From: Rhizophagus irregularis
Taxonomy: Eukaryota
Reading direction: 5' to 3'
Assembly: GCF_026210795.1 (NCBI RefSeq)
Contig: NC_089434.1
Location: 4,092,001 to 4,156,000, forward strand
DNA: 64,000 nucleotides
Made by a program: the position numbers and the translations under genes. The notes below the pieces were generated by a model. It was given only the letters and a program-made list of their open reading frames with translations, searched no databases and was not told the origin of the DNA. This document shows, in pieces, positions 36,440 to 48,981 of this stretch (position 1 is its first letter; each line of letters opens with the position of its first letter).

Positions 36440-36770
36440 AACGGGGAAGAACCGCAGAAATGCAATGGGGGACTGCCAGGCGGGCGGGAAGGGCATAGAA
36501 AACAAAATTGTAATGGAGGGACTGCCGTGCGGGCGAACAAGGCATGGAAAAACAAAAATGTAATGGAAAGACCGCCGGGCGGGCGGGCAGGGCATGGAAA
36601 AACAAAAATGTAATGGAAAGACCGCCGGGCGGGCGGGCAGGCATGGAAAAACAGATGTTGTAATGGAAAGACCGCCGGGCGGGTGGGCAGGCATGGAAAA
36701 ACAGATGTAATGAGGGACCGCCGGGCGGGCGGGCAGGGTATGGATGTAATGGGGTGCCGGGCGGAGCGGA
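36440..36770. repeat. GC-rich minisatellite, ~45-50-bp unit, ~7 copies
   Basis: Repeats of gtaatggaaagaccgccgggcgggcgggcagggcatggaaaaacaaaaat. Confidence 0.9.
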
Positions 36771-36796
36771 TAAGATTTTATATTTTACATTATAAG

Positions 36797-36870
36797 CCCT
36801 ATAAAAAATTTTTTAGAAAATTGATCACATGTCTGAGTTTTTCTGGAGTAAAAACTAGAAAAATGAGAAA
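36797..36870 (+). mobile_element. Partial MITE family B copy
   Basis: ccctataaaaaatttttt agaaaattgatcacatgtctgagttt...aaaactagaaaaatga matches the 5' two-thirds of 60943-61052. Confidence 0.65.
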
Positions 36871-37863
36871 ATTTTTTGGGAAGTTGACGATAAGTTTTCG
36901 TGTTATAAAAACATGTAAAATCATTTATTTATTATATAGTGTTAACAAACATGTAAAAATCTTTTATTTATTTATTAAAAAACATATAAAAGTCACAAAA
37001 ATACAGAAAATCTTAAAAATAAATAATGCAATTTCTTGATTATTAAACTTAAGAAAAAAAAAATTTAGAAAATAATTAAATGCTTACGGATTATAGAATA
37101 AACTTTATATTTTAAATTATTACATTATACCATAAAGTTATTTTATACCTTTTTTATAAGTTTTGATGTTCCATTTGTCACTAGATTGTTTAATCTTACA
37201 AGAGCTAAAAACCTATTTTGATCTTTTCTTTTCTAATCTTGATGGAATATTTTTCAATCTATCTATCTATACTTTACCAAAATCGCCTTTTAACTTATAT
37301 AATACATTTGACATTTTGTATGATCTGATAACTGAGTATCCTATAATTTATTATCCCTAGTCCAATTTTCGAAATTTTGCTGAATTACATATAATCACAA
37401 TCACTGTTAGGTTTTTAATTTTTGCAGTAGTAGTAATGAAGAAAAAAATTATGGCTGAAATTTTGTTGTATCGACTCACTTACCAATCATTTTTCAATCT
37501 TATCGCACGTGAATTTTCCTTTTAATATTACGATGGTTTATATAAAACGAACGCGTTAAAATTGAACATAATCCTCGTAAATAAGTCAAATGAAGAACCA
37601 AAATTTAATGTCATTTAATTTTGCTCATAATAATATTGGAAAAAGTACAAATTGTACAAATTTCTAATTCTCTAATAAAAAAGTACTTTATTATTGAGTT
37701 AAATTTGAATAAATTTCTTAATTACTTACATAATTTTTCAAGTGTTTTTCAATCTAATAAAATTGTGTTATACAATATCTAACGCTAGTGGAAATGTAAT
37801 TATAGAAATAGTCTCACTATTATCTGTTATTAAATTATGAATCTTATGATTTAAAGTGTCTAT

Positions 37864-38049
37864 TTTATTTTATTTTATTTTTATTTTTAAAATATAGACA
37901 CGACTGGAGTATAACGTTACATAAGAAAAGTTATAAACTAATAGTCTACTAAATTCTAAGCTAATGATAAACCCCAACCTCTCGGGAGGAGCCCGAAGAA
38001 GTCGTCCTGCCTGTTTATTAAAAAAAAAAAACCTAGACATAACCTAAGT
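37864..38049 (-). mobile_element. 186-bp retroposed insert (5'-truncated LINE 3' end or SINE)
   Basis: 14-bp direct repeat tttaaagtgtctat at 37850-37863 and 38050-38063; (TTTTA)n tract at the left end = (TAAAA)n tail on minus strand. Confidence 0.75.
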
Positions 38050-38789
38050 TTTAAAGTGTCTATATAAACTCCCCCAGCGTAACCATCAAAAAAATCTCGG
38101 GCACGTGATTCATGTGATTTAGCTGTGGCTAAGTGTGGCTATAAAAATTGCACTACGCAGTTATTGCTAAATTAACTTCCTTACTTAACCCTAAGATACT
38201 CCACTCCAAAGATGATTGCTTGAGAATATAATGAAATATTATAGTTGTTGATTCATAAGAGTAAAACAAATTCTTTTAAATTAATGAAATTAGAGTAGTT
38301 ATTTTATTAAAATAGAATGTAATATTAATTTAACTAAAATTTATTCAATTTCAATTTATTAAAATTCATTAATTTAAACTAAAATATTATAAATAATTAG
38401 CATGGTTCGCTTATTTTGATATTGTTCAACGTCTTCACCTAATTTATAAATAGGACTATATGACTTCCTTACTACTTTATAATACAGACTAGTTTTGCTC
38501 TTTTAGAAGAGAAGATAGCATTAATTAGGCTGTCAAAATAACAGCAGTTGCAGTTTAGTTTGTTGAACTGGTATTATTGCTTACTTGGTATTTCTACAGG
38601 ACAGTACAGGTTTCATATCTTCTGCGAGTTTTGTTTTAAAAGATTTATAGCTATTGTAAATAAAACAAGCTAACTTTTTATTTTAAAAAAAAAATTGTAT
38701 ACTCGAACCCGTTCATCAATTAATTCCGCAACTATGATAATCGCGCTGATTTAATGTTCATTATCTTTTCATCATCAATTTTCTTCCAA

Positions 38790-40157
38790 TGTCGGACAAC
38801 TTCCCAACAACCTATTACTCGACAAGACATATTCCCGAATGAACATTTTACCGACATGACACATTCCCTAATGGACATTATACTGACATGCTATTTTTCC
38901 CGACATTATCCTGACAACACATTTCCTGACAGACATTTTCCCGACATGACATATATATTAAAAAAAAAGCGATTTCCCAATTATTTAAAATAAAATATAT
39001 GGAGGAAATTTTTTTATTTGTTTATTCATATATTTATTTTAGTAAAAATTCGCAATTTAATGTACACTGTATATTTCATGATTTTCATAGTGCAAATTTT
39101 CAATAAAATAACTTGCACAACCCATTGCGTCCCTACAAAAATTTATTTTAGTTGCATTTATTTATTTCAAGTTATTTTTTAATAATTTTAAAAAAGAATT
39201 TGCCATAAGACAATTGACTTATTAAATATATCCATGTCTTATAAAGTACAACAGTTTAAAGAAACCTTTTTTTATAAAAATTGTTATAAATAGTTTTTTT
39301 TTTAAAAAAAAAAAACAATAAATTTAGATAAAAAAGTAATTTAAAACGGTTTTAAAAAATCAGTCATTTAAAAAAAAGAAATAATTATTAATTAAAAAAA
39401 TGTATATATATAAAAACTATGCTGGACGTGAAAAATCTAATTTAAGTTAAATGGACTAACCATCATAGTAATAATTAATTTTAATGATCAGTCCAAATTA
39501 CTTTAACAATATGGCAATCAAATCTCACATTGAAAAAAAAGGAAAAAAGAACTGTTAATAACAGTCGTTAAAATAAAAAATTAAAACTAAAAAAACACCC
39601 ATCAGTCACCCTATAAAAATTTTATCCATTATTTCTGTGAAAACTCCATAAAAATGGGTCTTTTATGGATCCATTCACAGAAAATGTAAATAATTCGATT
39701 CGTGATATAATAAGGTTATTAATTTTGGAAATATAAGCCTTTTACGGGAAAAAGATGGAATATAAAAAATGGCTTTTTTAGAGGTCAACATATCTTGACG
39801 TGAAAAGGATCTCTGTGTTAAGATTTGTTGTTTTTTTCAAATTGTTTTCTTACAAATTTAATCTTTTTTGAAATTTTTAGTTGTGATAGCAGTAAGAGAA
39901 TTATATTTATATTTATAAACATGATTGATACATTATTAATAAATTACTTTTTGTAAATCATTTCAACATGTCGGGAAAATTTCTGTCGGGATATATGTTG
40001 TCGGGATAATGTCATGTCGGGAAAACTAACATGTTGGTATAATGTCCATTAGGGAATGTGTCATGTCTGTAAAATATACATTCGGGAATATATCTTGTCG
40101 GGCAATCGTTGTCGGGCAAAGGGTAGAAAAAGGTTGTCGGGAAATCGTGGTGTTAAC
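38790..40157. mobile_element. Non-autonomous foldback/MULE-like element, ~1.37 kb with ~160-190-bp TIRs made of cccgaca subrepeats
   Basis: 38790-38950 is the inverted counterpart of 39965-40150 (e.g. cacattccctaatggacattatac / gtataatgtccattagggaatgtg); no internal ORF; nested MITE A at 39609. Confidence 0.8.
39609..39784. mobile_element. MITE family A copy nested in the foldback element
   Basis: Collinear similarity to 8792-8959. Confidence 0.7.
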
Positions 40158-40455
40158 TCCCAGTTATATTCTTTAGAATAGTTTTGTGATTTTCATTGTA
40201 ATTCTCCTTTTTTTTTATAGTTTCATTGTAATTCTACTTACTATCCATAAAATAAAATAATAATAAATAAATTAAATTAAGTCAAATTGGAAACAGGGGG
40301 AAAAGCAGACTATTCAGTCTTTTTGTGTTCTTTTTCTACTTTTTCTTCGGTCCATCATCCGAGGAGTCACAAATTTTATTCATATTCATTCGTAATTGCA
40401 GAATATAATTATCAACCGTACTGTACAGATTTACAAATTCGTACTAGTACTGAAT

Positions 40456-40707
40456 CCCTATAAAAAATTTTATCCGTTATTTCTCTAAAAACTCTGTAAA
40501 AATGAGCCATTCACTGATCCATTCACGGAAATGTAAACAATTAGATAAATTCTTTATTAATACTTAAAAGGTGTAAAGATATTTGTTAATAATAAGGATA
40601 AGAATAAGGTAATAATTTATAAAATTATTTTCAAACCAATTAATTCCGGAATTATGAGCCTTTTACGGAAAAAGAAAAAAGACGGAATATACATATATTT
40701 TTCGGGG
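40456..40707. mobile_element. MITE family A copy with an internal AT-rich insertion
   Basis: Collinear similarity to 8792-8959 at both ends. Confidence 0.6.
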
Positions 40708-41276
40708 ATCGATAAATTATTTCGGGATTATCTTACTCATCACGCGGCAAAAGTATCATTCCTGATAGACATGATGTATTATTCTTGATAGACTGTAAAA
40801 TATATTATGCATATCAAGATTCTCCTGCATATCTATCAAAGAATGATATTTTTGCCATCACGCGTAGTACAAATATTAAATAGTGTTGTTACACTGCATA
40901 GAGAGTGTGACATTTTATGCAAGTAACAAATAGAGATCGGACCACAAAAAAATAAACAACGCTGCCGCCGCCATCATGGTAAGATTTACAGTTTCACAGA
41001 TGATTTGCGGACGATCGTATGTCGCGACATTCAGAGAATAATGCAGATTTTTTTTTACATGTAGCACTTTTTTTATCATTATCAATCAACAATGTAAGAC
41101 AAAATAAACTAAATTAAAATTATTTGGAAGTGATTAGGACGTGAAAATAAATAAATACAGAGAATGACTATGTTATAAAATTCAAGATAAATTCTCATAA
41201 ATATTATCCTTCTACAAGAACAACTTAAAACTTCCCATTTCCTTTTCTTTTTCTTTTGCATTCTAATAAAAAGAAT

Positions 41277-41885
41277 ATGTTTGCTAAATTGTGTATTTTC
41301 TTTTTGATTGCGATCACAACTATGGTCGTAGGAGTACCTCTAGAGGAATCAACAAAGAATGGGACTTTGATTTCCAAAAGAACAACAGCTCCCGTCTGTA
41401 AAGACCATAACTACAGTGAGCTTGTAAACGCCTGGTGTGCCACGAAGTCATCAATGACGGTTATATGCGCAAATGAAGATTTGCCAGGCACTTTTACATC
41501 AGATACTATTCAATGTAATGGCGCCGAAGTTTGTGTTGATTATTTTTTAACAGAGAACAACGCACAAGCACAGTGTGCTAGCTTGTACATGAAATGGGAC
41601 AATAAAGATGGTTTAATTTCCTGTTCAGGTACCTCTTTATATGGAAATGGAAAAACATTCGATATATCAGTCGGAGTGACAACATATGATGTGGATGGGA
41701 ATCCGATACAAGTAGATCAAATTGCTATATATCTGAATAATCAAGAAATTGCAACTACCTCGAATCTACACAATGTAAGCACAATACTCCAGGATTATGA
41801 AGATGGAGTTTTTGAATCATGTTTCGCATTTAGAGGTACTGCGAGAGTAACTGGTTATTTCGCTGCTTTTGGGGCTACGGCTTAA
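41277..41885 (+). CDS. Small secreted cysteine-rich protein, 202 aa (effector candidate)
   Basis: Intronless ORF from ATG 41277; hydrophobic N-terminus MFAKLCIFFLIAITTMVVG; dibasic KR after short pro-region; 8 Cys in mature part. Confidence 0.85.
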   Translation: MFAKLCIFFLIAITTMVVGVPLEESTKNGTLISKRTTAPVCKDHNYSELVNAWCATKSSMTVICANEDLPGTFTSDTIQCNGAEVCVDYFLTENNAQAQCASLYMKWDNKDGLISCSGTSLYGNGKTFDISVGVTTYDVDGNPIQVDQIAIYLNNQEIATTSNLHNVSTILQDYEDGVFESCFAFRGTARVTGYFAAFGATA

Positions 41886-43564
41886 AAAAATAGTATATTT
41901 TCTTATAGAGATAATATACTTAGTCAATTTATACTGAAGCTCGTACATATATACATGCTACCCATATTAATGGGATGGCAAACCAAACCCCATTTCCTAT
42001 CCCATTTCATTTTTCTATTAATATAATTTAATTCCAAATGCATTGAAAAATACAAATATACTAAATAATAAAGAATTTCTTGGTATTTTTTCACAAAATT
42101 TTCATCATGTTTTTAATTTTAAAAAATATTTTATTAGTAAAAATAATATTTATTGGCTAAACTTTTTCAAACGAACAACTGTTATAAAAGAAAGATTTCA
42201 TCAACTAACCCATCAAAAAAATCACGATCATATGATATTTTGTGGCATACCGCATATGTAGTATGTAAACCCGTACGCCCTACTAACGTTTTTAATTTAA
42301 ATTTTTAAAATTTCCGGGACCACGTGGTCTTGGAAAAATATGTAGATTATTTCGTCAACCTGTTAACTTGTTTACAAAAAAAAGAAAAAATTAATTGCTA
42401 AGAAAAGACAGAAAATGTCAAAAGACTGTTTTTTGTTTTTGCAAATTTTAAAGATTATTTCATTGTTAAAAAAAAATAATTAATTAAAATAAAATAAAAA
42501 TTAATTTACATTTTTTCTTAAAAATTTTAGATTCTATTTTACCATCTCTTCCTACTCCTGTGCCATCAGCAGTTACTTCTTTACCAGTAGGCGCAGATTC
42601 ATCTCCAACTCCAGCATCTATTTCACTACTATTAGCGTTAGTTACCTTAGCAAAATCTACCACCGCTTGTAATTGAGTGTCATGGGATCGCCCAAGTGTA
42701 AAGACTAGAAAAAATTTGTGAAATAAAAATTATACACTATTGTTTTTAATTGTAAAACTTTATAAATGCAATACAAATACTATACAACAAATGTAAATCA
42801 AAAGGAAATATCTTGTCTAAAAGTTCTGAACGTTAATTTAAATATTCTATCCTCCCAATAAATAATTCTGGTCGTTACTAATTTCAAATCTCCAAATTTG
42901 AAATCTACAAAAAAAGGGAAGTAAGATGATATTCTTAAATAATAAAATACAAAAATTTAACAATATTCTCAAAAATACCTTTTTCAAGAGTCTCGAACGT
43001 CAATTCAAGCCTTATAACAAAAAGTAAATACTAATATGTGACAAAAGAATTCTAATAATATTTTACGTTTATCGACACGCGTCAGATGTCAATCAACACT
43101 GACGCCTGGGATACTAGTAGTAGTTTAAATTTATAAACAAATATTTTGAAGGCTTTAATTATGGTAAATTAAAGTAATATTTACAAGAAAATTTAATTTA
43201 GTACTTAAAAATAAATTTAATATACAGTATATGATTTAAATTTGTAACTAATGTGAATTCTTTCTTATGTTGTGTTAAAAATAGTATTCATTTGGAATAG
43301 CTTTAGAAATTTGTTGATTTTCCAAGAGCAAATTCAAGGTAAAATCATTCATTCTGCGAGCATAATTACTATATAGCTAATGATAAATAAATGCGGAATT
43401 AATCAATAATAATAATAATAATATACATTTTGTAAAGAGAAAATGGAAATAGATTTAGAAATATAAGTTTAGAAAGTTTAAAATAAATTTGTTCATGATG
43501 GCATGAAATTATGAGCTGTAAAATTACAAACTAATGAATAACAATGTCTGAAGAAGTTGTGCCA

Positions 43565-44793
43565 CTAAATTACTACTTCGATCGAAAGATCTTTTTCTAG
43601 ATTATTGTCTTTAGATGATTTTGGAGTACCATCTATTATTTCTTCAATGTCCTCATAATCATATTCATTAACTTCTTCATATTCTTCTTCTCCATCATCA
43701 TTTTTGCGAAGACGTTTCCCTAGTACTACAACTTTTGCACACTCATTGAACGACAATTTTTTCATTGACGCAACTACTATTTTATCATTTTCAATTTGAC
43801 TGTGAGTTGAATTGAGTGGTTTCTCTGTTCCTGCTGAGCCACTACTTGATCCCTCTTTTCCTTCAATGACTTGTACAATCTCAGCATCAGCAGAAATTAC
43901 ATAAGATAATGCAATATATATTATGTTTTTTATAGTAATTGATTCTACTTCAGGCAGGACGTATATCATGTCCAAAACAGCCATAAAATGAAAGACAAAA
44001 GATACGAATAGTCGTAAGAAATTCCAATACATAACTGCTGTGAATACTGATCGTTTGCTTTTAATATTTATTGAAACTTGAGCAACGTTCTTATTAGCGT
44101 TGACTAATATTTGAACTAAGCGGAAGGTTACAAATATATCGATAAGAAATTCCACGACAATTCCACTAGCACCGTAAGGTATAGGAGTAAAAAAGTCAAC
44201 ATGACAACTAACTATATCAACCTCAGGAACGTATTCAGTAGATGCCTGTTGAAAGATAAAATATGGAACCTGAAAATAATATTGGATTATCAATTTTTTT
44301 TTTTGATTTTTTTTTATAAATTATTAATAAAAAACTTACCGAAAGTGCAACTTTAATTGAAAATAATATAATACTTATCCATTTATCTGACCTATAATTA
44401 TGTACATTACGTATTTGTCTTAAACGCAATATCAAGAACGCTAATAATGATAATCTCGTCATAATATTTCCGACTATTATAGTTCTCAGAAGAGCATCAC
44501 ATTGAATGTACGTAGCTATTTTTGGTGTCATATAAAGACCGAAATTTGCTCCCGAACGCACAATTTGAGCAAAATTAAAAATAATTTTTAGTATATTCGA
44601 AGCATTTGCCTGACGAGCTTTGTACAGCATTACCGAAATAAACAAATTGTGTAAAGACATCTACAAAAAAAGAATAAAATATTAATATTTTAAAGAAATA
44701 CTTTTTAATTGATGCATATCAAATAAAAGAATTTACCATGATAGATGCACCTGTCCAAAATCCTAAATATGATTGAATCTGAATATAATTCAT
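43565..44793 (-). CDS. Multi-pass (7TM/GPCR-like) membrane protein, 360 aa, 3 exons (44793-44737, 44660-44340, 44269-43565)
   Basis: GT..AG introns join all exons in phase 0 with no stops; about seven hydrophobic segments followed by an acidic hydrophilic tail. Confidence 0.82.
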
Positions 44794-47700
44794 TTTGTAT
44801 ATTTTGTATAGAGATTTCTTGAAATTTTTTTTAAAAAAAACTTTAAAATGCTTGAATATAGAGTGAATCTCTAAAGTTCTTATATTTATGAACAAAAATA
44901 AATCAACAATACTAACGAAATCAAAATCTATAAATTATTATATATATTGTTAATTATCGTAAATAACAATGAACCTTGGCGAATACTGTTGAAAATTTTT
45001 ACGTAATACAATGAATACAATGAAAATCTTCTGTTTCAGGTTGATGTTTTTGGAAATTTATGTTTATAAAAGTCATCATTATAAATTAAAATTGCAAAAC
45101 AATAAATTGCCTTTCTGAGCTTTTCTTAACATTTAAAATTTTTTACAATTATAAATTTATAACATTGGATTTTTTTAATCATTATAAAGGATCGACTTAT
45201 AAAGGTTTAAAGACAAAAAACAATATTCATTTATGCTACAATATTGAGATTAAATTTCCGAAAATCCCGAAAATTCCGTACCGTACGTCCGTACTCCGTA
45301 CTTGTCCTATATATACTTAATATATTATAGACATTAATGTCCATTTAATATCAACTGTGGCTCAATAATATATATAAGTATATATCATAGGGTATAAGAC
45401 AATGTAATTGTTGTAAGAGTATCCTTGTATACTGCTATGTATTTCTACTATCTTATTATTGTTTCTTTTGTGTAACAATTTATATAAAGAAATGCGTTAC
45501 TAACATAAAAAAGAAGTAGATTTATATATTGACGCTTATTTTTCTTAATTCGAAACAAGATTCTGCATTCCCCGTCATATATCCAAAATTATAGTCCTTA
45601 AATAACTTGCATCTATATTTTAAAGGTTTTTTTTTTCTTCGGAAATTTTTTTAAAACCATTTTTTTTTTATTAAAATACTAGGGTCAATACTTGCAAATT
45701 TTGGATTCATATGTAATGAAAAGACATATTAGAATAGCAATCTTCTAAATTTTAGATATATTTTCGGTTCCATCATTATAAAACATAAAATAGTAAAAAT
45801 TTTAATAAATTTTTTATTATTCATTTTTCAAGTAACTATACATTATCTTATAAAATATACCGTAATTGATGAAAGATCTCAAAATATTTTTTTGCGCATA
45901 TTGATAATCTCGTTTGGAAGATATTTCACAAAGATAAATGAGTACGGTATATACCGAATATTACTCACAATACTCCATTACCTGGTCATGAACGATCTCG
46001 TCGTCGTAGTGAAGATCACGTTGGTCTTCGAGAGCATCGAAAATCAAATGATAGGTCTAATAATAGTAATAATAATTCTGAAGCAGAACATAATCAATTA
46101 TCCAGAAATACTTTTTTTTTCTTTAGTGTTTGGCTGAAGAAAAAAAAATTATTTTTTTTCTTGCATACTGTTGCACCCTTGAGGAATTTAGTTACCTCAT
46201 TTAACGATCAAAGAAAAAAAAAACTTTTTTTTCGGCAAACGACAGTTGTTCACGCGCAAACAACTTTTTTTTTGTTGCCGAGTTATTGAAATAAAATAAA
46301 AAATACGAAAAAATATGTTAAAAAAAATTAAATGTATGAAAAAAATATATAGAATATATATACTTTTTTTTATGAAAATTGACTCATCTTGTATAATTAT
46401 TCAGAGAATATTAACACGTCGTGTTCTCGTGTTCAATATATCTAACTCTATGTATTTAAAAATGCGTAATATACATATCTAAATTAACATTTCATTAAAA
46501 GAAATAAATAAGTAATGACTTACTTACTATTGTAAATCGTTTGGTAAGAATGTTAACCATCACGTTAATAAGATTTTCATTTTGATCGAAAATAAAGCAA
46601 ATTTTTAAGACTAAATAAATAAATATGACATAACAGATGATATACTGATGTTTTTGAATTTTTTAACTACGCCATTCATATGAATAAAATTTGGGGTACA
46701 CGAACAAATAATTTTCTCTGGTTCGTGATCATGCTCATCGTTGGAAATCGATCCTGACCTAAAACATTTAGTAAATGTTTCCTCATAATATGTATAGTCA
46801 AATTTGATGCAATTTTAATCACTAGTCAATGAAAAAAAAAATAATGTTATTGATAATATAAAAATTGTATAATTAATAAATTTTATAAAGAAACATTAAT
46901 TTTATAACGTGTAAAATTTTAACAAATTATTTTTTGAGATGATCAGGTGATTCAGCATGTAGTACAATGATTTGACATCATCCATGTCGGACAGTAAAAA
47001 TACTATTTTTTAATCACAAGGTACTTAAATAATAGTTAATAATATTATATCTAACTTCAAATATGATTACTAATCACTAAGCCACAACAAAGTATTGGTT
47101 ATTATAATCATAAATAATATTATATTATAATAATTAAGCTCCGCACATCATCTCATCAATCTCATCAATTGCAGAATCACGAGATACAATAGATACAATG
47201 TTAGTCATCATTTTTTTACTCACGCGTCGCGATTTTTTTACAAATATATATATACTCTCAACATATATATATACCATCAGTTTTTTCTAAAAAAAAAAAT
47301 ACTCTCATACTCTAACCCTTACGCACAACCCACACTTCCAGCTTACATATCTAATAGAAGATGTAAAGGAAAGGGAACTATAAGAGAAGACCTAGAGAAA
47401 GAGGTAAAACGAGAGAAGAGTGAGAAATACACAAACAAACACGCACCATCCACCCATACCCTGTTCCTTTATATCTTCTGTATTAGCAGAAAAGACCGTT
47501 CTGAAGAAGCCTAATAAACAAAGACGTCGCGTACACCTAAGAAAGGGACGAAGTGACGTCCGTGATCAAATTTTTGTCGATATTTCAGAAAGGAAATAGT
47601 AAATATTTATTACTTTATTATTTTTATACTTGAATCTTTATTATTAATATTAAAAAATCTTTTTTTTTATTATAGAGTGATAGGATAAAATGAAGATGAA

Positions 47701-48981
47701 GGTGCACATAAAAACACTCCACATATTATTTGTGCAGTTTTCAGTTGTTTTATAAACTTATTTCTTAGAGGAGTTCTTGAAAAAGGGTGCGTATCAAATA
47801 TTAAAAACGCGAAATTTTTTTTTTTATGTTTATACTTATACTTTATATTTGTTATCTGACTTCTTATCATTAGATCATATTTATTCCTTTTTTTATTTAT
47901 CAGTTATAACACTATTTTGTATTGAAACATTAGACAACAGATGAAAGCTCTCTGAATGGTGCATTACCAGTTTTCTAGATGAGTGTAAAATGGCTCAAGA
48001 GACTTTAAAAGAGGTGTGTATTTTTTTATTTGCAAAGTGGGTAACTTCCTAAGCTAAAATTAGAACGGATAACTCATTGAGTCGGGGAGTTCACAAATTT
48101 TACTTAGGAGGGTACTGGATTTATTTGTTTGGGTTGGGTAAGGGTGAGCAAAGTGGGTAATTCCTTGAAATTACCTGCTTTTTCTTTTTTATTTTATTTT
48201 TATTTTTATTTTTTTATTCCCTTTTTTTATTTTTTTTTATTTTTTTTTATTTCTCTTGTTCACTTGATAACCAACTCAAGCAAATAACATCCTACTTTGT
48301 TATTGATAAAGTCTGCTAATTCTAAAGGAGGAATTGGCTATGTCTTCTTTACCATTAAATAAAATTTTAGCACACTATTAATAATTTCTTCTTTCTCATA
48401 ATAGGTAAATGCAGAGATTTACAATCACTGATAGAATGAAGAAATTTCAACTTTAAAAGAAATAATATATGGTAAATAATTAACTTGAAAATTATTCTAA
48501 GAATATTATATTTATTTTTTTTTCTTTTTTTTAGTTAATGGTTCTACTAGAAATACTAATTACGAATAAATTGAATCATTTACTGCTAAAATTAAAAATA
48601 TAATAGGTAATATAGCTTTAGTCGGTGATCCTGGTATGTGGTAAAGGTATGTCATTATATTAGTCACTAAAGATAAAGTCAACTAAAATCAAAAGATAAC
48701 ATTTAATAAAAAAAATCATTTGTTTATTTTTTTTTTTAAAAAAAACCAAATCACTTAAATATTTGATACTATTATAATGTAAAAATTTCAAATTCGGACT
48801 TAATCTATAAAATCTCCATTTTTTATTTACGCTTTTAAATGAGATGTAAACTTTATTTATATTTATATATAAAAAATCCTCTAATACAATAATAACAAAA
48901 TTTAACTATATTTAAAATTGTATATAAAAGTCCCCCTAGTAAAATATTAATAAATTTTAACTATATCTAAAAATGAAATTA

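Noticed and set aside
36440..36770. Possible CRISPR-like array
   Set aside because: Units are tandem with no unique spacers, there are no cas genes, and the context is eukaryotic.
36239..37039. Several overlapping ORFs on both strands
   Set aside because: They arise from the GC-rich minisatellite and MITE sequence; the translations are repetitive.
42535..43020. Exon-like minus-strand fragments (...DTQLQAVVDFAKVTNANSSEIDAG...)
   Set aside because: No start codon or continuous spliced frame could be built, and the family is unrecognised.
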